Shown here piece after piece: positions 38,501 through 51,689 of a stretch of DNA of 64,000 nt. A program made the position numbers and the translations under genes. This stretch comes from Eledone cirrhosa (lineage: Eukaryota), in the NCBI GenBank assembly GCA_964016885.1, contig OZ024745.1, positions 94,674,001 through 94,738,000 of the forward strand, given 5' to 3'. The notes under the pieces are model-generated. The model ran no database searches, was not told the origin of the DNA, and saw only the letters and a list, made by a program, of their open reading frames with translations. Each line of letters begins with the position of its first letter. Within the stretch, counting starts at the first letter, position 1.

Positions 38501-39457
38501 TCTCCCTTCCTTTGCTGAAAAAAGAAGTGACATAGTCACTACTTTAAAATAATAGCGCAAGGTCTTCAAACTGTTTTAAATTAAACATACAGTATATCAC
38601 CATCAGGTCTGTTTTTTAACCTGATTAGTTCTTTCGTTACTTTGGTATCGTATGGTTTGGTTTTGCCTACCGTAATTTTCAATTTGTCAAGCTAGTTAAA
38701 CGTATGTTATTACTCTACTCATTCCTTATTGTATGTCGATTTTGCTTGGCCTTAGCCAAAGCTCCGATTTTACTAAGCTTCCCCTTGTATTATTTTCTCC
38801 TAGACTTAAGAATTAACTAATTAATTTAATTAGACAATTCTGTTGATTAGTTAATTATTTGTGTTTGTTTAATAACGTCTGGTTGAGAGCCTTTATTCGG
38901 AATGTTGAGCGGAAATATTTTTTCCTTTGTTAACACTTTGAATTTACCCGCCAAAAACCGGGTGTTGCTTCTCTTGTTGGAAATAACACGCGACAACGAA
39001 ATGTTTGAAGGCAGTCTATTGTGGCGGTCACATTTAGTTTGTTCACACCAGTTTGAGGCAATAGAACGGAATGCATGTTGAGGAAATGAATCCCCTGTTC
39101 GATCTCATGGAATACCACAAGCTTACGTGCTACGTAAGTTGGATAGATGATGTCGAATTCATGGAAACATATCGGACGTATTGCAGAATATCGTTGGATC
39201 TGTCCAGGTCTGTTTTTTTAACCTGATTAGTTCTTTCGTTGCTTTGGTATTGTATAGTTGGGTTTTGCCTACCGCAATTTTCAATTTGTCAAGGTATTTA
39301 AACATATGCTATTATTCTAAGGACCTACCCTTACTGACTGCTTTGCTACTTATTCCTTATTGTAGGTCGACTTTGCTTGGCCACAGTCAAAGCTTCGATT
39401 TTACTAAGCTTCCACTTGTATATATATAAATATATATGTATGTATATATACACTAAT

Positions 39458-39509
<52 letters not shown>

Positions 39510-39696
39510 CGAGGGATAAGTGGTAAGGAACCAGGTGGACCATAACGCACCAAAGTACTCAATACTTAGGGTAGTAGAGTGGGTAATAGGAGTAAGTAAG
39601 ACCCCGACGGCTGAGCTCAAGCCGTTTCGACGGCTAATTCTGTACAGAATTAGCCGTCGAAACGGCTTGAGCTCAGCCGTCGGGGTCTTACTTACT

Positions 39697-39702
<6 letters not shown>
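39510..39702 (-). mobile_element. HHR-element tail with perfect ~118-bp palindrome centred at 39643/39644
   Basis: Arms 39585-39643 and 39644-39702; contains GAAA-stem III-GTC-ggggtc on both strands. Confidence 0.85.
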
Positions 39703-39754
<52 letters not shown>

Positions 39755-39796
39755 TATATATATGTATATACACACTAATATATATATACATATATA

Positions 39797-40109
39797 ATAA
39801 AGATGAAATAAAAGATGGTTATAAGAGTTCCATATATTTTTTTTATACGTATTTCGAATACAAAATCATCCTGGGACAGATATTGTGTTCTCTTCAGATA
39901 AAATAAGGTACAATGATATGAGGCATACTAGCACTTGTTTATAGGAAAGTGCTAAGTCCACATATGATAGAAATATATGTTATTACTATAGTAAGAAATA
40001 GATAGGAAAATACAAGAAAAGGAAAGAAGAGAACAAGGAAAAAGAAAGAGAAGAAAGAAAAAAAAGAAGGAAAAAGAGGGAGATAGATAGATAGATAGAT
40101 AGAGAGAGA

Positions 40110-40184
<75 letters not shown>

Positions 40185-42130
40185 CTTTTGATCAGGAACG
40201 CTGTCAAAATGAAAACAGCTGTAAATAACGGATAAAAAAGAAATTGATGAGGTGTATGTGCGAATATTATAGAAGGTATTCAAATATTAGAGGTCTAAAT
40301 ATAGAAACTGGGTATATTATTTTATATTCGGTTTAAATACCAAAAATTGGATTAAGAAGTGTAAAAAATGTATTAATAAAATAAATATAAAAAGATTTTT
40401 ATAAAATAAAATAAAAATAGTCTGTCTATGTCAAAATTAATAATTTCTAGTAAAAATATATATATGTGGGGTATACTATTTAATTTTTATTTTATATCAA
40501 CAAGTAAATAAAGGAAATTGCTAGAATGATTTATAAACGTAGAAAAAAACGCAGAGAAAATCTAATTATAATATGATGTGATCATTTGTTAACAAAAACT
40601 ATGAAGGTTTGAGCGAAAATCTAAGGCTATATAAAAGAAGATCAAAGGATTAATATATAATGAGAAAACCAAAATAATACATTGTAGAATATAATGAAAG
40701 ATGTGTAAAGATAATAGTGAATCGTGGAATATGTTATAGGACATCAGCTATATACTTTGTGAAAGGTCTTGTAGGATTTATGATTACAAAGTCCAAATAA
40801 ATCGGTTCTTCGATTTATTATTGTGTTGAAATTCGAGATAATGGTAAATTTTTCAACTAGACATAAATTACAAACACTAGATATGGAAGCATTGGAGTAT
40901 GGAGATGCGTTGTAGTTTTTACGCCAAGAAATTTCGTAATTTATGTTTTAGTATTTTAAGGACCAAATAAGTTCTGAGAGTGCGGTGCTAGTCCTTTTAA
41001 GTGGAGATTTAAATGTAGAAGAAGAATTATAGAATCTTGCTTTAAAGGAGGTAGAAGTAGAGCCAATGTAGGTATAGGAATTGGTACTAGTTACCACTTT
41101 ACATCCGTATACGAGGTTTTTTTCGAGACAGAAATTACTAAGAGGACAATTAGTTCTAATAGGGCAGTTGCATTTACGATTAAGATTATTTACTGAGTTA
41201 TTGGCAAGTGGGCCAGGATTAATTATATTAGGATCAGGAGTGGTGGAATTAACTAAAGGAGGTGCTAGAGTTTCTAGATTTACATTACTATTTGATGCAA
41301 TCCTCAAAGTTACGTTTGACGTCGTATTTATAATTGTGTTACTTTTCCTAGAGTTTACATTGACGTCGGGCCTTATACTGTTATTATTATGACTCTCATG
41401 GTTGGATGCATATTAGTTATTATTTAATATTTTAGAATTATGTCTTGAGATAATTTTTGAAAGGTTAGAAGTAGTAGAATACGCGAATTTAATAGTATGC
41501 CTATTGAAAATCTTGCTATATATATGTGAAGGAGAGAAGCTGTTATCTAATGCCCTAAAAAATAATTTAGGGATATTATTAATAACGGAAAGAGAGAAGG
41601 GAGCGTTGTACCAAAGGATATTTTTATATCTACGTCTCCTCCTTTTGTTAGCAGTGTGATTATTACTAGCTACATTACTAGAGTTATTATAACCTCTGCC
41701 AAGATTAAGTTCTTTAGTATACCTAATTTTGTCTAGATATCCAGCTCTAGATAGTGCAGTATTATAATAGCTGGCATTAGCTTCGAAGATATCTTTATTA
41801 GAGGGTAAATTAGAAATTATTTTTTCTACGCTTTTGACTCGAGCAGTTTTAACGTTATTAGGGTGGTTAGATTTAAATTTAACGTAATTTAAGTTCTCAT
41901 TATCCCCATGATATGGGTAATATAAGCCGGTATCTAGATTAAGGGATATATCAAGGAAATTAGCTAGTTTATCATTATTCTCGAATCCAATTTTTAAGTT
42001 AAGATGCTTAAATAGATCAAGTATTTTTTTCTTAAGTATATTAAAGTTTACAGTGTTACAATTAGAGACAGTAAAGAGAGCATCATCACGATAAATCCGA
42101 CCGCAAAGTTGGGGTATTTTCCGGTTTAAA
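39797..42130 (-). mobile_element. Inverted partial copy of the Penelope-like element (RT C-half, GIY-YIG, pLTR with HHR at 39837-39903)
   Basis: Mirrors 42939-45252; ORF 40948..41307 has CNCPIRTNCPLSNFC...VY...YIGST...FKARF. Confidence 0.92.
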
Positions 42131-44342
42131 TTTGAAAACGAATTAACTAAAATTATACGAATTAACTAAAATTATACGCGGACTTAAATTCAAGAGAAAC
42201 CCTTATCGAAGTCAGGGACACCTTATCAACCTTAAGAATAACGTTAATGACCTTAATTCTTCTAAAAACGTATTAGTTAATGCTGACAAAACAAATAATT
42301 TATATGGCATAAGTAAGGATAAATATAATAACCTTATCCTTAAAGAACTAGGAAAAAATTATCGTAAAACTACGCATGATAATCTGGATTCTATCAATAG
42401 AGAAGCATATGAGATAATAACCAACCTCGGAATTGAGAAAAAAACAGAACCCTTCTTCCCCAAAACTCCGAGGTATAGTCTGAAGGATCTTAAAAGAAAT
42501 GTTCGAACGGACTTGCCTGTAAGACTAATTGCCCCTTCTAAATCTGACCTAGGGGTTGTTAGTTAATCCATCTTGGATAGAATCATCCCACAGGTTAGGT
42601 ATAAATCTCAACTAAATTTATGGTTGGGTTCATCTGAAGTAATAGACTGGTTCAATGACCTAAAAAATAAAAACAATCTGAAATTTATTCGATTACACAT
42701 TGCTAGCTATTACTCTTCTATTTCTCCTTCACTCCTAAATAAGGCTCTCTCATATGCTTTAAAATATACGGACATTACTAGTGAAGAAATAAACATTATT
42801 CTACCGCAAGGAAAACCATCTTGGAATTTAAGAACGAATATTGGACAAGAGCGGATACTTCCAGCAATTTCGATATCACCATGGGTTCTTCGGATTCAGC
42901 TCAACTGACCGACTTAGTTGGAATTTTCATCTTGAATTCTTTAAACCGGAAAATACCCCAACTTTGCGGTCGGATTTATCGTGATGATGCTCTCTTTACT
43001 GTCTCCAATTGTAACACTGTAAACTTTAATATACTTAAGAAGAAAATACTTGATCTATTTAAGCATCTTAACTTAAAAATTGAATTCGAGAATAATGATA
43101 AACTAGCTAATTTCCTTGATATATCCCTTAATCTAGATACCCGCCTATATTACCCATATCATAAGGATAATGAGAACTTAAATTACGTTAACATTAAATC
43201 TAATCACCCTAATAACGTTAAAACTGCTATAGTCAAAAGCGTAGAAAAAAGAATTTCTAATTTACCCTCTAATAAAGATATCTTCGAAGCTAATGCCAAC
43301 AATTATAATACTGCACTATCTAGAGCTGGATATCTAGACAAAATTAGGTTTACTAAAGAACTTAATCTTGGCAGAGGTTATAATAACTCTAGTAATGTAG
43401 CTAGTAATAATCACACTGCTAACAAAAGGAGGAGACATAGATATAAAAATATCCTTTGGTACAACGCTCCTTTCTCTCTTTCCGTTATCAATAATATCTC
43501 TAAATTATTTGTTAGGGCATTACATAACAGCTTCCCTCCTTCATATATATATAGCAAGATTTTCAATAGGCATACTATTAAATTATCGTATTCTACTACT
43601 TCGAACATTTAAAAAATTATCTCAAGACATAATTCTAAAATATTAAATAATAAGTAATATGCATCCAACCATGAGAGTCATAATAATAACAACAGTATAA
43701 GGCCCGACGTCAATGTAAACTCTAGGTAAATTAACACAATTATAAATACGACGTCAAACGTAACTTTGAGGAATGCATCAAATAGTAATGTGAATCTAGA
43801 AACTCTAGCACCTCCTTTAGATAATTCCACCACTCTTGATCCTAATATAATTAATCCTGGCTCACTTGCCAATAACACTGTAAATAATCTTAATAGTAAA
43901 TGTAACAGCCCTATTAGAATTAATTGTCCATTTAGTAATTTCTGTCTCGATAATTCCTATACCTACATTGGATCTACTTCTACCTCCTTTAAAGCAAGAT
44001 TCTATAATCATTCTTCTACATTTAAATCTCCACTTAAAAAAATCAGCACCGCACTCTCAGATCTTATTTGGTCCTTAAAAGATAAAAACATAAATTACGA
44101 AATTTCTTGGCATAAAATCTACAACGCATCACCATACTCCAATGCTTCCATATCTAGTATTTGTAATATATGTCTAGTTGAAATATTTACCATTATCTCG
44201 AATTTCAAAACAATAATAAATTGAAGAACCGATTTATTTGTACTTTGTAATCATAAATCCTACAAGACCTTTCACAAAGTATATAGCTGATGTCACTATT
44301 ATCTTTACACATCTTACATTATATTCTACAATGTATTATTTT

Positions 44343-44452
44343 GATCCCGCCGAGGTTAACTTTGCCTTTCATCCTTACGGGGTCGATAAAATAAAGTACC
44401 AGTAATGTACTGGATAATTGCTGGCCTTGTGCCTAAAGTAGAAACAATTATT
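44343..44452 (+). mobile_element. SINE family A inserted in the PLE (absent from the inverted copy)
   Basis: Core and tail; TSD attattttg. Confidence 0.85.
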
Positions 44453-45144
44453 TTGGTTTTCTCATTATATATTAAGCCTTTGATCTTCTTTTCTATAACC
44501 TTAGATTTTCACTCAAACCTTCATAGATTTTGTAAACAAATGATGACGTCATATTATAATTAGATTTTCTCTACTTTGTTTCTACGTTTATAAATCATTC
44601 TAGCAATTTCCTTTATTTACTTGTTGATATAAAATAAAAATTAAATAGTATATCCCACATATATATTTTTACTAGAAATTATTAATTTTGACATAGATAG
44701 ACTATTTTTATTTTATTTTATAAAAATCTTTTTATATTTATTTTATTAATACATCTTTACACTTCTCAATCCAATTTTAAGTATTTAAACCGAATATAAA
44801 ATAATATACCCAGTTTCTATATTTAGACCTCTAATATTTGAATACCTTCTATAATATTCGCACATACATCTCATCAATTTCTTTTTTATCCGTTATTTAC
44901 AGCTGTTTTCAATTTGACAGCGTTCCTGATCAAAATTCTCTCTATTTCTTTCTCTCTCTCTTCTTATTCTTCTTTTTCCTTCTTTTTTCTTCATTCTCCT
45001 TCTTTTTCCTTTTTCTCTTCTTTCCTTTTCTTCCATTTTCCTACCTATTTCTTACTATAGTATTAACTCATATATTTCTGTCATATGTAGACTTAGCACT
45101 TTCCTATAAACAAGTGCTATTATGCCTCATATCATTGTAGATTA

Positions 45145-45210
45145 TTTTATCTGAAGAGAACACAATATCTGTTCCAGGATGAATTTGTATTCGAAATACG
45201 TGTAATAGAA
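45145..45210 (+). ncRNA. Type I hammerhead ribozyme of the PLE pLTR
   Basis: ttttat-CTGAAGA-gaacacaa...ttgtattc-GAAA-TACGTG (TACGTA in the inverted copy)-TA-atagaa. Confidence 0.85.
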
Positions 45211-45528
45211 TATATGGAACTCTTATAACCAACTTTTATTTCATCTTTATTATCTATACTCCAGTTCTACCAACTGTTGAGTGCTACTTATCTGATATAT
45301 GCAGAGTTTTATTGTTCTACAATATTACTCACCTTCTATATATACATATATATATATATATATATACAGTAATATATATATATATACATATACATACATA
45401 TATATAAATATATATACATATATACACACATATATATATATATATATAAATATAAATTCATATATACACACATATATATATATGTAAATATACATATGTA
45501 TATATATATATATGTATATATACATACG

Positions 45529-45677
<149 letters not shown>

Positions 45678-46606
45678 GTGTAGGGCTAAAACAGCACGGG
45701 CTGTGACCAGCGGCGCCGAAGTGCGCCCGACAGACTGGTCGGTCAAGGTGATATATATATGTATATATACATACATATACATATATATATATATATAAAA
45801 GAATATTTTCGCTCTACATGGCTGAATACAATAAATGTAATCTGAATCTTTCGAATATTAATAATATCATTCGATTCGTTTGCAATTATGCAAACAGACC
45901 TCAATTTGATAGCCATGTCAGTAGAATGAACCCTTCATTCTTGCTCTTGTGGTGGCATGTAAACAGAACTGCAGACACTAATGTTTCTGGGTATCACCCT
46001 TCATTAGTACAGCTCACTCTTCACCTGCCAAACTGTCAGAGCTAGTGAAAATATATGGTGTTTTCAAAAATGTTATTGTACATTAACTGCAATCTTCTCG
46101 CTTTTCTCTATGTATCTCTATATTACGTAACGCAATTTTCCAAGACATGTAAATTAATTTTGTTCAGCTGAATTAGGCGAAGCTTTATCACAAATATAGG
46201 AAAATGTATATTTATTAAATCGAAGGGATTATAAATTTCAGTAAAGTTTATGGAAAATTTGACAAAGTTTGAGAAATTGCTTTAACAGCTAATGGCTTAA
46301 AAGCAGCTAGCAGGTAATCCTGTTGATGGCAGCAAGATGACAGCTCAGTTTTCATATTAAGTTAGATAGTTGGCTAAAATTTATGTTGTATTACAATCTA
46401 ATGGCTTCAAATTACCCTGTTTTTCACAGCAAATTGCCAATTGTTAAGCATATACAGATATTTGTTAGATGTCTAGTTTCATGCAGAGATAAATCGACTG
46501 CTTTACCATCCAGGCAGAGCAATTTCCTAGTTATAGAGTCACCAGATAAAGCGGGACAAGGTGGAGTTTTTTTTGTCCATGGAACTGAAGGATTGCATGT
46601 ATCGAG

Positions 46607-46637
<31 letters not shown>

Positions 46638-46638
46638 G

Positions 46639-46724
<86 letters not shown>

Positions 46725-46725
<1 letters not shown>

Positions 46726-48590
46726 TAAAAAATTGAACGGGAACAAAACAGAGAGGCAGTACGAACAAAGATTTATTAGTTTCACGCTCTTGAGAGTGGG
46801 TTGGTGGTGGGGAACGACGTTTTGGGCTTAAGCCCTTCTTCAGGTGAAAAGTGTGTCGGAAGAGAGTTCCAAGGGTGTGTTGGGGAGCGGTGGAGAGACA
46901 TATAGCAAAAAGGTGTGAGAGGAAACCGTGCAAATAAAATAAAAAATAAAGGCATGATCAAAATAAAATTAAAATGGAGTAAAACAGGTGGTGGAAGGGT
47001 GTGGGGCGTGTAGGGGTGGTGGCGGGTGGAGTGGGGAGAGGGAGACGGGGTGTCCGAGCGGGGAGGGCTGAAGGTGGTGTGTGTGTGTGTAGGTGTACGT
47101 GTGTGTGTGTGTGTTTGTGTGTATGTAAAAGCTAGGGTTGGGGGAAGAACGGGGTTGCATGTTCAGGAAGAGGTGTGTGTGGGCTGGGGTGTAGGTCGGA
47201 GTGTGTGTGCGTGTGTGGATAGAGGGGTGGGGGGAGAGGATTCCGGAGGCTGAATGTGTAAATATGTGCTGGTACGCACGTGTGTGTGTGGTGTTTATGC
47301 GTGTTGTGGATGTAGGTGGCGTGTGGGGAAAACATATTTTTGGGTGTATGTCCGGGGGTGAGTCGTAAAGGTAATTCCGTAAAAGGATGTGGTGGAATGC
47401 TGAGTAAAATCCTTGGGATGCGGTAGATTTTCTCGGGATCAAGGTTCACATATGTGTAATCCGTGAAGAGATTGGTCGGAAGAGGGGAGATGTGGGGTGC
47501 ACGCGCAACAGGAAGTGGTCAGAGGGTCAAGGCAGGAGGAGGGTTGTGTGTCTGTGTGTGTGGGGAGGTGGTCAGAGAGGCATAGCAGCAGTAGGGTAGA
47601 ATGGTAAGTGAAGAAATTCGGTGTGTCAGTGTTTGCGGAGGTGCATTGGACAGGGGAGAGGATGGGTAGATGTGAAAGTTGGAGTGAGGAGGGTGTGTGT
47701 GTGTATTAGTAGAGGTGTTAGTGGGATGTGTGTGTGTTTGAGAAAGGGTGTGGGTGGAGCGGGGAGAGAAGGGTGTGGGGGCCGATGGAGGGAGTGTAGT
47801 GTACTGGTGTGTGTGTGCGTGTTTGGATGAGTGTGTGTGTGGCAAATGGGGTGTTAGTGGGTGTTAGTATACTGGAGGTGGAGAAAGGGTTGAATGCGGG
47901 TGTGAGTGGGGGTCAGTGGTGGTAGGGTGTGTAGAGTGGGTGGTGTAAGAGGGTGTGTGCGTTCGTGTGCGTAGGGTTGGGGGGTGTTAATGATGTTAGT
48001 TGCGTGTAGAGTGGGTGTGTGTGTTCGTGTGCTTGGGGTCAGGGGGTGTTAGTGATGTTATTTGCGGGGTGGTGGGTTGGATGTGTGGGGGTGAGGGTTA
48101 GTGGAGGTAGTAGGGTGTGTGTTTAGTGTGAGCGCGTGTATATATGTTCCGGTGGGTGTGTGCGTGTGATAAGGAGGGGGGAGAAGAAGGGAGGGATGTT
48201 AGTATGTTAGTTGGGGAAGGGTGGTCGGATGTGGGGTGGAGGTGTTAGTATTGTTAGTTGTGGGGTGGGCGGTTAAAAGGAGGGGTGTGTTAGTGATGTT
48301 AGTGGGGGATATGTGTGATGGAGGGGGCGGTCGAAGGCTAAAGGAATAAGGGTGGGGAGTTCAGGCCGGGGGGAGTGTGGGTCTGTAGGGTGAAGATGGT
48401 TCGTTGTTCCACCCTGAGGAGAGTGGCGGGTGTTCCGTGGCATTGGAGTAGGCCACAGACTGTGAGGTGGTGTGCGGAATGTCCAGGGGCTCCAAATTGG
48501 CGGGCGATGGGGGAACTACCACCGAGACGAATATCCCGGAGGTGTTCAGTAAATCTGTCCGCCAGGCGACGTCCAGTCTGTCCGACGTAA
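46725..48590 (-). mobile_element. Penelope-like element fragment (Neptune-like GIY-YIG C-terminus, long CA-rich 3' region, degenerate HHR at ~46811-46847)
   Basis: YVGQTGRRLADRFTEH...SPIARQF...GH...EQRTIFTLQTHTPPGLN; CTGAAGAagggcttaagcccAAAAcgtcgtt. Confidence 0.8.
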
Positions 48591-48800
48591 GCCACCCCTA
48601 CCCCCCCAAATGCCATCAAAGACTTATTTGTGTTTACAACAAATTTTAACCAATCATCTTGACAACTACAATCTTCCCATATAAGGAAGCACCTCCTTGA
48701 CAAGTTCGGCTATTTATTCACCAGGCTAAAAATTCTAATTTAGTCCAGAAATAGCCGTCGACACGGCTTGAGCTCTGCCGTCGGGGTCATACCTTTTCCT
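48590..48800 (+). mobile_element. HHR-element fragment with complete but degenerate ribozyme at 48691-48788
   Basis: Stem I acctc/ggggt, degenerate core, long stem II cggctattt/aaatagccg, GACA in place of GAAA, stem III cggc/gccg, GUC. Confidence 0.6.
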
Positions 48801-49254
48801 AAAAATAAATAAAAACATATATATATATACACATGTGTGTGTGTGTGCCTGTATACATAATTAACTAACCGTATATAATATACACACATCAATACGTATA
48901 CATCGCGCGCACACACACACCCACATGTAAAGACACAAGTTCGCGGACATACGTCAACCAACACAAAGTACATATATACACACACCCTACATACCTACGA
49001 ACCCGCATACTCACACAGACGCAAAACTCCCGTATACACATAACCAAATGCACATGTACCAGTATATATAATATATATGCCAATAACATATACAAGCAAA
49101 TATACGTACGAGAAAATATACGTACTTTCACTAAACATACAGGTAATTTATACTTACCTATACGAATAAGTAATGGTATTAACATAACATATACTTAGCT
49201 ACCACATCAGGACGTAAATTATCCGCGTATAGTTCGTACTATCCGTTAGGGTAT

Positions 49255-49568
49255 AATATGGGGCTGTAATACAGGAAAGTTTTGTGCAATTTATGTTTAC
49301 AAACCGAAATTGCCTCAGATTTTTTGTTTAAGATGTGATCTTTGGCGTAGAGTATTTCCAGGGCCTCAGCGGCGCAGATATCACATGCTCTTTTATTTCC
49401 GTTATACGATCTAGCCTTAGCTAGGATCTCCCAGTGTAACTTTTATTGGGTGTGGTTGTCTTTTAGACTCCAGATATAAGCTGAAAGTGACGTCATATTC
49501 CTTCGTAAAGGGTTAAGAAAAGAATGGGTATGCATGTAAAGAAGCTGCTTGAATCTATTGGCGGTTAA
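49255..49568 (-). pseudogene. Naiad-type GIY-YIG endonuclease C-terminal fragment
   Basis: Manual translation: TANRFKQLLYMHTHSF...TSLSAYIWSLKD...WEILAKARSYNGNKRACDICAAE...LNKKSEAISVCKHK. Confidence 0.8.
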
Positions 49569-49599
49569 CTATATAATATATATACTATATATATATTAT

Positions 49600-49815
49600 A
49601 TAGTAATAATAATAAATTTGAAGACTAAAATCCAAAGTGGGCTCGATAAGGATAAATATATATCAAATATATAAGAACCGTAGAGCAAATATTTATTAAA
49701 ATAACAGATTAAAGTTTAAGCAAAGAATCGCTGCTTTCACCCTTAACGGGATCCCGTTAAGGGTGAAAGCAGCGATTCTTTGCTTAAACTTTAATCTGTT
49801 ATTTTCATAAATATA
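49600..49815 (-). mobile_element. HHR-element tail with palindrome centred at 49751/49752 (core/stem II junction)
   Basis: tttcacccttaacgggatcccgttaagggtgaaa; same family as 27057-27107. Confidence 0.8.
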
Positions 49816-49830
49816 TATTATATATATATA

Positions 49831-49870
<40 letters not shown>

Positions 49871-50463
49871 GAATAATCGAGTATCGAAAAATCGGCGCAC
49901 GAGTTCACGATAAACAAAATTCGATATGAGCGGCAGAGTGCTCACTAATTTAGATAAATCAGAGCTATAACTATCGTTAAAATACCGTCACACACAGAAC
50001 AAGTCTATAATCAACAGCACGATCGAAAATTTGCGATCCGGAAGATTCGGGACACTCAGATAAAAAATATCAATAAATCAATAAATTAAATGAATGTAAA
50101 AAGCATACCCGGACCCGCTAGGAAGATGTTAAATCTAGCTTCTTGGGTTTCTGTAAATCCTTAAACTGTTCTCTATCAGCTCACATAAAAATATATAAGA
50201 CATCTAGAATTCAGCGGACAGGAAATTTACTTCATCAACGAGCTTTGTCCAAACGGATGAAATGGCATAACCCAAGCTAAATACGCACATGGAATTCGGC
50301 AAGGGAGATAACCTCTACATCCGCGAAAACTATTCGTGAAAATGTGGAAATACACATATCGAATAAAAGTGCTCAATAGACATGTTAAAATAAACAGGAG
50401 CTATTCATCGCTCAATAGAATCGACAAAAAATGAACAATAAAATTAACTGGTCAATAGCTATG

Positions 50464-51212
50464 TCTAGGGCTAAATATAAAAGCGAGGATATGTGGCTGT
50501 CTGTGTACAAATTTGGACACCTAAGGCTAATACAATTCCCAACCGAATTTGACCAAATTTTCTGTCGCTAAGATGGTCACATCACAAATTTTTTTAAAAT
50601 CGACCCACGTTGAGCAATAAGAAATCAATAGCAAAATTATCGATAGCCAAATTATTTTTTTCTAAAGTGCATGATGTAAGTGAGATAACAATGAAGACAA
50701 AATCCTTATGGGATTTTCCCTGCTAATCAAAAGTTGCAATTACTTTTACATTTTTCAAGCTTTTTTTACCAAATGTGAGGCAGGCATTGCCTACGCGGTC
50801 GAGGTAATACAAGAAGATTATTTTTTGTAATGTGTAGGCTGTAAGGGAGAAATCAATCTAAAAACAATCATTATGGGACTTTCCATTCAAACCGTTGGGA
50901 CCTACAACTTTTACATTTTTAAAGTAATTTCGTCCACATTTGAGGCAGTCACTATCTATGCTTCCAGGATATTGTGAATTTATTTAAAAAAACTATTATT
51001 ACAATGAAGAAATCAGTTTAAAAACAATTTTCCTTCATTATCACCATAGTTTTATGTGTACAAAGATTGCACTAAATATTCGTTTGCATTAATTATTGAA
51101 GACTTCTGCTTATTTTGATAAGTTGGGGACAAATAATTTTCTTCTTTTACTTCCTAGCTGTATATTCTTAGCATAATTTCAAACCCCGGGCAACGCCGGG
51201 TAAATCTGCTAG
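50464..51212 (+). mobile_element. Non-autonomous Helitron-like element
   Basis: 3' GC hairpin cccgggcaacgccggg followed by CTAG (51209-51212) then T; 5' end uncertain. Confidence 0.55.
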
Positions 51213-51435
51213 TATATATATATATATTTCGTTTCTGAATTTGTTTAGCAAGAATCTTTATCTGAAAACGTGTGTTGAAACCGATATTGTTATACTTTGG
51301 GAGGGTCATGTTGCCAATAAGAAACACACGCACCAGTTGCTTTCACTTTGTGCCTCTCCTTTGTTCCGCCATCTTTCAGAATGATGGCGTAGAACAGAAC
51401 AAAGGAGAGACACAAAACAAAGAAAAGAATCCCCA

Positions 51436-51478
51436 GTCACTGAAGAGGTCACAGAATGTGTGACGAAAGAATTTTGAC
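51436..51478 (+). ncRNA. Minimal type I hammerhead motif within the element at ~51270-51640
   Basis: gtca-CTGAAGA-g gtcaca gaatg tgtgac-GAAA-gaat-TT-tgac. The element has ~48-bp inverted arms (51291/51592). A degenerate relative lies at ~53550-53595 (-). Confidence 0.65.
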
Positions 51479-51635
51479 AATATATGAACAACCATCCGGT
51501 TGTGTAACCAACAAACCAACCGGAAATTTATATAATTTATGAAATTTATATTTATAAAATTTATAAAATTTATAATAAATTGAAGTAAAAGCACTGGTGC
51601 ATGTGTTTCTTATTGGCAACATGACCCTCCCAAAG

Positions 51636-51689
<54 letters not shown>

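Larger units (their letters stand above)
42131..45300 (+). mobile_element. Penelope-like element (probably Naiad clade), 5'-truncated and frameshifted
   Basis: RT motifs ADKTNNLY, ITMGSSDSAQLTDLVG, IYRDD, FLDI; GIY-YIG YIGSTS..FKARFYNH..CNICLVE (43766..44224); HHR in the 3' pLTR. Confidence 0.9.
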
